This document shows positions 56,670 through 64,000 of a stretch of 64,000 bases of DNA, piece after piece; position 1 is the stretch's first letter, and each line of letters begins with the position of its first letter. Made by a program: the position numbers and the translations under genes. The stretch lies in contig JAPLDI010000007.1 of assembly GCA_026391795.1 (NCBI GenBank), positions 96,940 to 160,939 of the forward strand, in the 5' to 3' direction. The notes under the pieces were generated by a model. It made no database searches, was not told where the DNA came from, and worked only from the letters and a program-made list of their open reading frames with translations. Source of the DNA: Bacteroidota bacterium. Its GTDB lineage: Bacteria > Bacteroidota > Bacteroidia > Bacteroidales > FEN-979.

Positions 56670-57018
56670 GGGTCCTGATGATGATATCCTTCGTTTCGGA
56701 GTTGTTGTTTCTGTCCTTCACCGTGCAATGGATCGTAAAATTATCGGCGTGGCATACCGTCCATTTGACTTTGCTGTTGATGCCATCCGGATTGGGAATG
56801 AAGGTTCCGAAGTCACATGTCCAGGTGTAGGTCAACCCATCTCCCGTGGCAGTAGCAATGAGGTTGGTTGCCTCATTCACGGCAATTATCGAATCACTTG
56901 CGGTAAGGCTGATAAATTTAAAAGGGCCGGTGGAATTGTCAGGAGCTGCAGATTTTTTACTGCATGACGCCAGGGCTACGATCAGTATCAATCCAAGAAA
57001 AAGTATGCGCTGCTTCAT
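56662..57018 (-). CDS. Small PKD/Ig-like lipoprotein
   Basis: Lipobox LASC-SKK, GDGLTYTW, I.CTVKD. Confidence 0.7.
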   Translation of the reverse strand: MKQRILFLGLILIVALASCSKKSAAPDNSTGPFKFISLTASDSIIAVNEATNLIATATGDGLTYTWTCDFGTFIPNPDGINSKVKWTVCHADNFTIHCTVKDRNNNSETKDIIIRTHV

Positions 57019-57056
57019 ATTTCCGAAATATTAATACACCTCTTTATACCTGTTAT

Positions 57057-57082
57057 AAAAAACGGGAACTGAAAAGCTCCCA
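57057..57082 (-). terminator. Terminator-like hairpin in the 5' leader of the 57018 gene
   Basis: Minus strand GGGAGCT-TTTC-AGTTCCC-GTTTTTT, just downstream of a TACTTTTG -7 box (57091-57098). Confidence 0.45.
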
Positions 57083-57133
57083 TTGAATTACAAAAGTAGG
57101 AACAAAATGCTCAGGCTATTACCTTAATATAAG

Positions 57134-57157
57134 AAAACATGAAATAATTCATGTTTT
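57134..57157. promoter_or_regulatory. Perfect 10-4-10 inverted repeat, putative operator
   Basis: AAAACATGAA-ATAA-TTCATGTTTT in a divergent intergenic region. Confidence 0.5.
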
Positions 57158-57493
57158 TAATGCGGGTGACACTTATGTTTTCAACCTTGACCCTGTTATA
57201 ACCACCATTAAGTGACCGTTGTCAGGATCTCGTTCTGCGATTTTAGCGTTGGAAAGTGATTTTCAGTAAAATTCTGCTATTCCGGGTCTTTCCTTTTGCA
57301 TTATTTCGGGAGCGTGTTGGTTCTTTACCGTCTGACTCCGCAAAAAATCCAAACCATCCGTTGGCCTGCCCTTTTTCAGGAAGCTTTCTCCTGATTCTCT
57401 GCGGAACGAACCATCGGCTCCGCAGGGATCAGTTTCTCCGGCGGCCGATCCGGGTATAATTTTGTTCGTACAAAACCCCAAAAAACCAACGCC

Positions 57494-57895
57494 ATGAAAA
57501 CAATTGCAAAAACCCTCATCGCCATCAGCGTAATCATGATCGCTCTTTCGGCTTCCGCCACAAACCCTATCACCTATGTGGCCGGTGTACATTATAAGGT
57601 AGCCATCCATTTGCCCGATGCTCCTTTTAAAGCAAACAATGTTTATGTTATTATGACCGACGGGGAAAAAATCATTGCTCCTCCCCAGCCATTCACTCTT
57701 AACAAACTCTCCTATGATTTCTATGAAGCAAATAATGTTAAAGGAACCCGCACCGCGATGCTTGTCACGATAACCGGCCGTACGCCTGAGCTGTTCAACA
57801 GCAATCCTGACAGCAGGTCGAGCAGATTTTTCCTGGGCGAAACATACGACTTCAACCTCTACATTGCTTTCCCGGCACCGACCCCAATCGAATAA
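57494..57895 (+). CDS. Hypothetical exported protein
   Basis: Signal peptide ending ASA; TAATTTTG box at 57457-57464; followed by a terminator. Confidence 0.7.
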   Translation: MKTIAKTLIAISVIMIALSASATNPITYVAGVHYKVAIHLPDAPFKANNVYVIMTDGEKIIAPPQPFTLNKLSYDFYEANNVKGTRTAMLVTITGRTPELFNSNPDSRSSRFFLGETYDFNLYIAFPAPTPIE

Positions 57896-57913
57896 TTCCC
57901 TGGAATATACCAG

Positions 57914-57945
57914 AAAACCGGACGAAAGATTCGTCCGGTTTTTTT
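57914..57945. terminator. Bidirectional intrinsic terminator
   Basis: AAAACCGGACGAA-AGA-TTCGTCCGGTTTTTTT. Confidence 0.85.
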
Positions 57946-58000
57946 ATTTAATCAGGGACCGAAGATGATCGATCAATGAGTACTATTCTCTCTCCTGAGA

Positions 58001-60073
58001 TCACTTCACCTGAGGTGTGCAATTAAAGAAGAATCCATCGGGCAGGAATCGGCTGTCAATTATTTCACCCTCTCTGAATTTTTCCGGATTAAAGGTTGCA
58101 TTTGTTTGATCTTCATAGGAAGAAAGAACCTTGAATTCGGTCCGCCGGTTTGCCTGGTGTTCCGCTTCGGTGCATGGAACTCCATTGCTGCATTTATTCG
58201 TCAGCTGGGTTTCTCCATATCCATGGGCCGTGATCCTTGACGCTTCAATTCCCGTAGAAATAATATACTGAACTGCTGATTCTGCACGGCGCTGGGAAAG
58301 CCGGGCGTTGTATTCGTCAGACCCGCGGCAGTCGGTGTGTGATCCCAGTTCAACGGTAATGGAATTCTCTTTCATTATCCTGACGAGATTATTCAGGGAG
58401 GGTTCGGCATCCTTCCGGATGTTCCATTTATCAAAATCATAATAAATGTTCTCCAATTTGAATTTCCGGTTTAATGCCAGTTTATCAAGGAGCAGGTCCC
58501 TGGGAATGGACAGATTGTTGCGCAAATCTGTAACCTCAAAAAAGAAGGGTAAACAATCTGCAATGTAACCGTTTTTCATTGCCTTTACCAGGTAGTGTGT
58601 GCCTTTTTTTACCGGTGTTTGAAAGCACCCGCCTGAATTTGTCTTGAGAACAAGGACTTTGCCTGATTCATTGTCCATTAAAAAGACCGTTGCCCCCGGG
58701 ATGGGTTCGAGTGTGGTTTTATCCTTCACACAACCTGAAACCATGTCAGGGACAATTGGTACAACCGCAATTTTCATCTTTTCCTGCGGGATTCGGTTGA
58801 AACAATACAGGTCATCTGTTCCTTTGCCATCAGGACGGTTTGACGCGAAGAGACCTTTGCCTGTGTTTTTATATTCAGCAAGGCTGAAGTCGTCATAGGA
58901 GGAGTTCATGGGGATTCCGAGATTTTTTGGGGGTTCCCATTTCCCATTCACACTCCTGCTGACAAAGATGTCCAATCCTCCAAAACCCGGATGCCCGTCA
59001 GATGCAAAATAGAGATCTCCGTTGTCGGCGATAAAGGGGAACATCTCATTTCCGAAAGTATTGATAACTGGTCCCAGGTTTACAGGAATGCTCCATTTCC
59101 CGCCTTCACGTGTACAATAATAGATATCGGTACCCCCCGATCCTCCTTTCATATCAGAAACAAAATAGAGCAGTTTCCCATCGGGCGACAGCGCAGGGTG
59201 CCCGACGGAGTATTCGTCGCTGTTGAGGAAAAAGGGAGCAAGTTTTTCCCATTTGCCATCTTTCCTTGTAGCATAAAAAATCTTTAACAGATGGGTCCGT
59301 ACACTTTTATTGTCTTTCTTTCCCTTATCCTTATGAATAAAAGTGCGGTTCAGGAAAAGCTCCGTATAATTCTTGTTAAATGTAACCGGTCCGTCGTGGT
59401 ATTCCTGGTTAAACAGTCCCGGGGCAAGTTTCGGCGCATCGAATTCACTGTAGAAATCATCAAGGTAAACCGGATCTGCACAGAAAAGGTGCAGAAAGCT
59501 GTTTCCGGTCCACCCGTATTTTTTATCATCCAGTTTGGAGAGGATCCTGTCGCTGGTAAAGATGATTCCATTGTCGTAGAAGGCAGGTCCGAAGTCTGAT
59601 TGTTTTGAATTCAGTACAGATGCATTTTTAACTTGAAAAGCAGGCGGATCCGACTGCCATTTCATTGCGCTATCGCAGAAAGAAGCAAAGATTTTTCCCG
59701 TGTTTTCTTTCTGTGCAATTGAATCATAATGCAGAAAGATGGTTTTTGCTTTCTGATATTCGCCTGAAGAGCGCAATGCCTGTGCGTAATAATAAAAATT
59801 TATTGGATCTGTGCTTCCGGTTACAAGTGCCCTTGCGTACAAAGCCTTTGCATTCAGCATATCATTTTGTTTGCGATAGCATTCAGCCATCAGCAGTGTC
59901 GCTTCAGTTTTTGTATTCGGGTCGTTCTTTCGAAGGGTCTTCTGAAGAAGGATGATTGCTTCCGAATAGTTGTAGAGTTCCATTTCCTTTTTAGCCTTTT
60001 TTATCTGTCCGAAGGATGGAACGGCAAGAACGACCACAAGGAAAAGGAAGAATACGGATCTACGCTTGTTCAT
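58001..60073 (-). CDS. porE: PorE-like protein (TPR, PD40, carboxypeptidase-regulatory-like and OmpA_C domains)
   Basis: TPR N-terminus, PD40 repeats (LYFASDG.PG.GG.D), IYYDFDK, SHTD.RG, NRRTEF. Confidence 0.85.
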   Translation of the reverse strand: MNKRRSVFFLFLVVVLAVPSFGQIKKAKKEMELYNYSEAIILLQKTLRKNDPNTKTEATLLMAECYRKQNDMLNAKALYARALVTGSTDPINFYYYAQALRSSGEYQKAKTIFLHYDSIAQKENTGKIFASFCDSAMKWQSDPPAFQVKNASVLNSKQSDFGPAFYDNGIIFTSDRILSKLDDKKYGWTGNSFLHLFCADPVYLDDFYSEFDAPKLAPGLFNQEYHDGPVTFNKNYTELFLNRTFIHKDKGKKDNKSVRTHLLKIFYATRKDGKWEKLAPFFLNSDEYSVGHPALSPDGKLLYFVSDMKGGSGGTDIYYCTREGGKWSIPVNLGPVINTFGNEMFPFIADNGDLYFASDGHPGFGGLDIFVSRSVNGKWEPPKNLGIPMNSSYDDFSLAEYKNTGKGLFASNRPDGKGTDDLYCFNRIPQEKMKIAVVPIVPDMVSGCVKDKTTLEPIPGATVFLMDNESGKVLVLKTNSGGCFQTPVKKGTHYLVKAMKNGYIADCLPFFFEVTDLRNNLSIPRDLLLDKLALNRKFKLENIYYDFDKWNIRKDAEPSLNNLVRIMKENSITVELGSHTDCRGSDEYNARLSQRRAESAVQYIISTGIEASRITAHGYGETQLTNKCSNGVPCTEAEHQANRRTEFKVLSSYEDQTNATFNPEKFREGEIIDSRFLPDGFFFNCTPQVK

Positions 60074-60091
60074 ACGATGCTCTGTTAAAGA

Positions 60092-61039
60092 TTAAAAATA
60101 CCTGGGAGTAAGCATGCGGTTCCTGTCAAATAGATCGAAACCACATCCGAGACGAATCTCGTGTGAGCCACTGTTGTATGCTTTCAGACTATTGAACCAG
60201 ATGTCATACGAGTACCCAAAAGTGAAGTTTTTGGTAATGTTTACCTCTACTATCAGGCCCACGGCTGCATCGGTGCGGTAAGAGGCTCCAAGTGTCATAA
60301 TATTATGGATCATAAAGCTTGCATTCAGATCGGTCTGAAATGGGGCATTCTGAACATATTTACACAGGATCGATGGCATGAACACCACATTGTCACCCAG
60401 GGGGAAAGCGCCTCCGGCCATCCCATAAAAATGCCGGAGGAGTTTGGTATAACTGTTCTGGGTATCGGTCGGTGATGTACTGGATACGATCATCTGGTTT
60501 TGAAGAAGGTGCTTTGATGAAAGACCCACATAAAACTGGCTCCCATAATAATAAATTCCAAAATCAACATCCGGCATGACCTTGTTCTTGACCTGGTTGT
60601 TCAATTCAAAATCATTTCCATTCTTCGGATCAAGAGCATTCCAGTCAATGTCGGAATACTTGATTCCTGCAGCAACTCCGAACGACAATTTCGTAGTGGA
60701 GAAGATGACCCTGTAAGCAAATGATCCCAGCACACCATAATCAATAGAGGGACCCAGTTCATCCCGGTATGCATCCAGCCCCAGCCCGATGTGCGGGTTT
60801 CTAAGAGGTGTGTGAGCAGTAAATGAAATAGTCCGGGGGGCTCCTTTAATGCCCACCCATTGAATCCGGGTGAGCATGTCCATGGCAAAGAGTTCCTGGC
60901 TTCCGGCATAAGCTGGGTTCAGTGCCAGTTTATTGTACATATATTGTGTAAAAAGGGCATCCTGCTGGGCAAAGGTTGCAGAACCAACAAACAGAAGGAG
61001 GATGATCATTATCTTTTTCATTTCTGACATTTTAAACAT
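60092..61039 (-). CDS. porP: PorP/SprF family T9SS membrane protein
   Basis: QQD..FTQYM.N....NPAYAG, R.QWVG..GAP, GYSYD, GSHEI, TPRYF; exact start uncertain. Confidence 0.92.
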   Translation of the reverse strand: MFKMSEMKKIMIILLLFVGSATFAQQDALFTQYMYNKLALNPAYAGSQELFAMDMLTRIQWVGIKGAPRTISFTAHTPLRNPHIGLGLDAYRDELGPSIDYGVLGSFAYRVIFSTTKLSFGVAAGIKYSDIDWNALDPKNGNDFELNNQVKNKVMPDVDFGIYYYGSQFYVGLSSKHLLQNQMIVSSTSPTDTQNSYTKLLRHFYGMAGGAFPLGDNVVFMPSILCKYVQNAPFQTDLNASFMIHNIMTLGASYRTDAAVGLIVEVNITKNFTFGYSYDIWFNSLKAYNSGSHEIRLGCGFDLFDRNRMLTPRYF

Positions 61040-61079
61040 GAATAACTAATTTAATCTCAGTCATAATCAGGATTATGGA

Positions 61080-64000
61080 TTATCTAGAACTTCCGCGGAT
61101 AAGTACCCACCCGGTTCGAGTTCCCCCATCTTTGATTGTTACGATATAGTAATAGGTTCCATCCGGTAAAGGTTCGTTTTTAAAATTATCTCCTTTCCAG
61201 ATCTGAGAAGAATTGTTATAATGTTCAAAGGATTTGACCTTGTCTCCCCAGCGATTAAATATCTGAACGGTATTATCCGGGAATTCCTCAATTCCATCGA
61301 TAATCCATCCATCATTGGACCCGTCGCCGTTGGGAGTAATTACATTCCAGATGATCAGCCAGTCTACCGGAGATTGAGTACTGATGTATATATAGACCTT
61401 CGTCGTGTCGCAAACTTCCGGGTACTGATTGTAACAGAGAATGTAACATAAGGAATCTCTTCCGGAGAAATCACGGTTAGGTGTATAGCGTATCAGATTA
61501 TCGCTGAAAACGCTGGCCAATCCATTCACGGGACCGCCACAGAGCGTTACGCCCACTACCAGGTTTTGTGAATAGCTGTCGTTTGACAGTTCATTGATAT
61601 CGATAGGTATATTCACAGCGGTTGTATCAAAATCCCTGACCGCATGGATTACCTGGATTCCCTGGTCCATGATGATTCGCACACTGTCGGTATTCTGGCA
61701 GCCTGTCATCAGGTCGGTAACGGTAAGTGTAAATGTGACATCATCGCCCAGATGAACGGTCTCAGGGTGATCCGTCGAAGCCCCGATCAGCAATGTTGAA
61801 GGCTGCCAGCTGAATGCATATACCCCTGATCCGCCTGACGCAAGGCCAAGCAGCGTAGTAGTTGAATTCCGCGGGATGGTCTGGTCGTTACCGGCATTGA
61901 CACCGATCGGCTGGCTGATGCTGATATTCATCTGACTGGTTGCAACAGCATATGTGCATCCTCCGGTACCATGAATTGTCAAAGTCAATACAATAGTTCC
62001 GGATTCTCCTGGTGCTGGCGTATAGGTCGGCGAAAGTGTTGTTTGTCCGGAAAGGACACCCAGACCATTTGTCGTCCAGAGTATGGAACTGAAATTTGAG
62101 GCGGTTGCCCCTGTAACGGTATAAGGAACGCCGGCACAAATGGACCCGTTCGGACCTGCATTGGCAACCGGTGTCCCGGTGAGTGTGAGGGTCATGTGAT
62201 CTGTGGCCGCTGAACATGGAATAATGGGATCAATCGTCATCGTAAGGACGACAGTACCGGTCAGAATATCCACAATGCTTGGGGTATAAACCGGGTTCAC
62301 TGCGTGGACATCATTGAATGTTCCGGTTCCGCTGGTTGTCCAGGTTACTGACAGGTAATTTACAGCTGAAGCTCCAGAAAGCGTGAAAGGCTCTCCCGCG
62401 CAACTGGTGGCATCCGGGCCTGCATTGGCAATGGATGAATTGGAAATGGTCAGTACCATCTGATCAGTCGCCACCGGGCAGGGTGCAAGCGGTGTAACTG
62501 TCAATGTCAGTGTCACCTGTCCGGTCTCTCCTGCAGCCGGGATATAGGTCGGTGCAAGTGTGCTGGCATTCATGAGTGATCCCATCCCGTTATGCGTCCA
62601 GAGCACGGAAGAATAGTTTTGAGCCGTAGCTCCTGTTATCATGAAGGAGGCACCCTGGCAGGTCGATTCATCAGGGCCTGCATTGGCCACAGCTTCTTTC
62701 GACAGGGTCAGTGTCATGTTGTCTGAAACGGCAGGACAGGAACCCCCTGCAACTGCTGTCAGCGTCAGGATAACATGTCCATTAAGGATATCCGATGCAC
62801 TCGGGGTATACACCGGGTTGAGGATTGCCGGGTTATTAAAGGTTCCTGAACCCGAGGTGGTCCATTCCAATGAAGTATAATTTGTTGCAGTTGCAGCAGC
62901 CAGTGTTACCGGAGCAGATCCGCAAACAGATAAATCCATGCCGGCATCGGCAGTTGCCTTTGGTTCAATCTGAAGGAGCATGATATCTGTTGTTGCTCCG
63001 CAGGGAGTATTTCCGAATGCAGTCAGTGTAAGCGTAACGGTTCCCACCTCATTCGTTGACGGGGTATAGGTTGGTGTCAGCGTGGAGGCATTGGTTAACG
63101 TTCCCTGGCCATTGGAGGTCCATTGTACTCCTGTATTATTGGAAGCAGATGCACCGGTAATGGTATAAGCTGTACCCTGGCAGATCGTTACATCCGGACC
63201 TGCATCAGCCAGGGGAGCCGGAACGATATCCAGTGTCATCTGGTCAGTGACCGTCCCGCATGGCAAATTTCCGGTAACGGTTAGTGTCAGTGTTACCGGA
63301 CCTGTTTCGTAGCCCGCAGGGTTATATGTAGGAGTCAGTGTAGTGGCGCCTGACAATGTACCGGTTCCGTTATGTGTCCAGAGGAGTGATGTATAGTTCT
63401 GCGCTGTTGCTCCTGAAACCAAGAATGGCTGGGCCTGGCATGTAGTTCCGTTGGGGCCTGCATCTGCAACCGGGGCCTTGACAATGGTCAACGTCATTGC
63501 GTCGGTCACATTGGAGCAGGGTAAATTGCCGTTCACCGTAAGGGTAAGAACCACACTGCCTGCATTGACGTCAGCTGGGCTTGGCAGATAGACGGGGTGA
63601 AGGACCGCCGGGTCAACAAAGGTTCCTGTTCCGTTTGTCGTCCAAACCAATGAACTGTAGTTAGAGGCTGCAGAGCCGAGGATGGTGAAGGATGAACTTT
63701 GACAGATCGTAACGTCTGGTCCTGCATTGGCAATAGGGGCAGCGAGAATGGTTAATGTCATCTGGGATACTGCAGTTCCGCAAGGGGTATTGCCGGTTAC
63801 TGTAAGGGTCAGAATAACAGAACCTGTTTGTGCAGGTGCCGGTGTATAAGTAGGATTCAGGGTATTGGCATTTGTAAGCACTCCCGGACCCGGAGCTGTC
63901 CACAACAATGAGCTGTAGAACTGAGCCGTGGCTAAGGTTACTGTGAAAGGAACACCCTGGCAGGTGGATGAATTTGGTCCTGCGTTGGCAATTGGCGCCC
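61080..64000 (-). CDS. Large repetitive surface protein with T9SS type B (gliding-motility-associated) CTD; 5' end lies beyond the window
   Basis: At least 8 approx. 87-aa Cys-containing repeats (A.AGPD..C...NY.S..W...G.G....P.YTP...LTLT...PC...D.M.L.I); CTD NVITPNGDG.ND...IFNRWG...GTYYY; frame open to the window end. Confidence 0.92.
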   Translation of the reverse strand, partial: APIANAGPNSSTCQGVPFTVTLATAQFYSSLLWTAPGPGVLTNANTLNPTYTPAPAQTGSVILTLTVTGNTPCGTAVSQMTLTILAAPIANAGPDVTICQSSSFTILGSAASNYSSLVWTTNGTGTFVDPAVLHPVYLPSPADVNAGSVVLTLTVNGNLPCSNVTDAMTLTIVKAPVADAGPNGTTCQAQPFLVSGATAQNYTSLLWTHNGTGTLSGATTLTPTYNPAGYETGPVTLTLTVTGNLPCGTVTDQMTLDIVPAPLADAGPDVTICQGTAYTITGASASNNTGVQWTSNGQGTLTNASTLTPTYTPSTNEVGTVTLTLTAFGNTPCGATTDIMLLQIEPKATADAGMDLSVCGSAPVTLAAATATNYTSLEWTTSGSGTFNNPAILNPVYTPSASDILNGHVILTLTAVAGGSCPAVSDNMTLTLSKEAVANAGPDESTCQGASFMITGATAQNYSSVLWTHNGMGSLMNASTLAPTYIPAAGETGQVTLTLTVTPLAPCPVATDQMVLTISNSSIANAGPDATSCAGEPFTLSGASAVNYLSVTWTTSGTGTFNDVHAVNPVYTPSIVDILTGTVVLTMTIDPIIPCSAATDHMTLTLTGTPVANAGPNGSICAGVPYTVTGATASNFSSILWTTNGLGVLSGQTTLSPTYTPAPGESGTIVLTLTIHGTGGCTYAVATSQMNISISQPIGVNAGNDQTIPRNSTTTLLGLASGGSGVYAFSWQPSTLLIGASTDHPETVHLGDDVTFTLTVTDLMTGCQNTDSVRIIMDQGIQVIHAVRDFDTTAVNIPIDINELSNDSYSQNLVVGVTLCGGPVNGLASVFSDNLIRYTPNRDFSGRDSLCYILCYNQYPEVCDTTKVYIYISTQSPVDWLIIWNVITPNGDGSNDGWIIDGIEEFPDNTVQIFNRWGDKVKSFEHYNNSSQIWKGDNFKNEPLPDGTYYYIVTIKDGGTRTGWVLIRGSSR

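Noticed and set aside
57160-57480. Riboswitch or sRNA in the long divergent intergenic region
   Set aside because: No recognisable cobalamin, TPP, SAM or FMN consensus; needs an Rfam/Infernal scan
1-64000. CRISPR array, rRNA, tRNA, intact IS or prophage
   Set aside because: No regularly spaced 25-45 bp repeats, RNA-gene signatures, or transposase, integrase or phage ORFs were seen by eye; a covariance-model scan was not possible

Overview
Gene-dense chromosomal window from a Bacteroidota, most likely an anaerobic Bacteroidales. This rests on the SusC/SusD pair, T9SS cargo and PorP/PorE genes, and TAnnTTTG promoter boxes. It holds about 53 CDS; I saw no rRNA, tRNA, CRISPR array or transposase. 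The main candidate new system (7.2-22.5 kb) is a PUL-like locus with no glycosidases. An exported cyanophycinase gene leads an apparent operon with susC, susD and a surface lipoprotein. It lies divergent from an isoaspartyl dipeptidase (iadA) and is flanked by a YfcC-family transporter, a T9SS cargo protein, M28 and M14 peptidases and an NSAR/OSBS-type racemase. I interpret it as a putative SusCD-based cyanophycin (beta-Asp-Arg) scavenging locus. Other oddities: (1) a PPDK-derived protein that keeps the phospho-His but has swapped its pyruvate domain; (2) a secreted S1/P1-nuclease/PLC-type trinuclear-Zn enzyme with a membrane-like C-terminal half; (3) a minimal Fe-S/NrfD/cytochrome c redox module with no catalytic subunit, near a perfect FNR box; (4) an apparently internally deleted T9SS hydrolase; (5) a small dispersed REP-like repeat. 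All calls come from recognising motifs by eye; no database searches were run.
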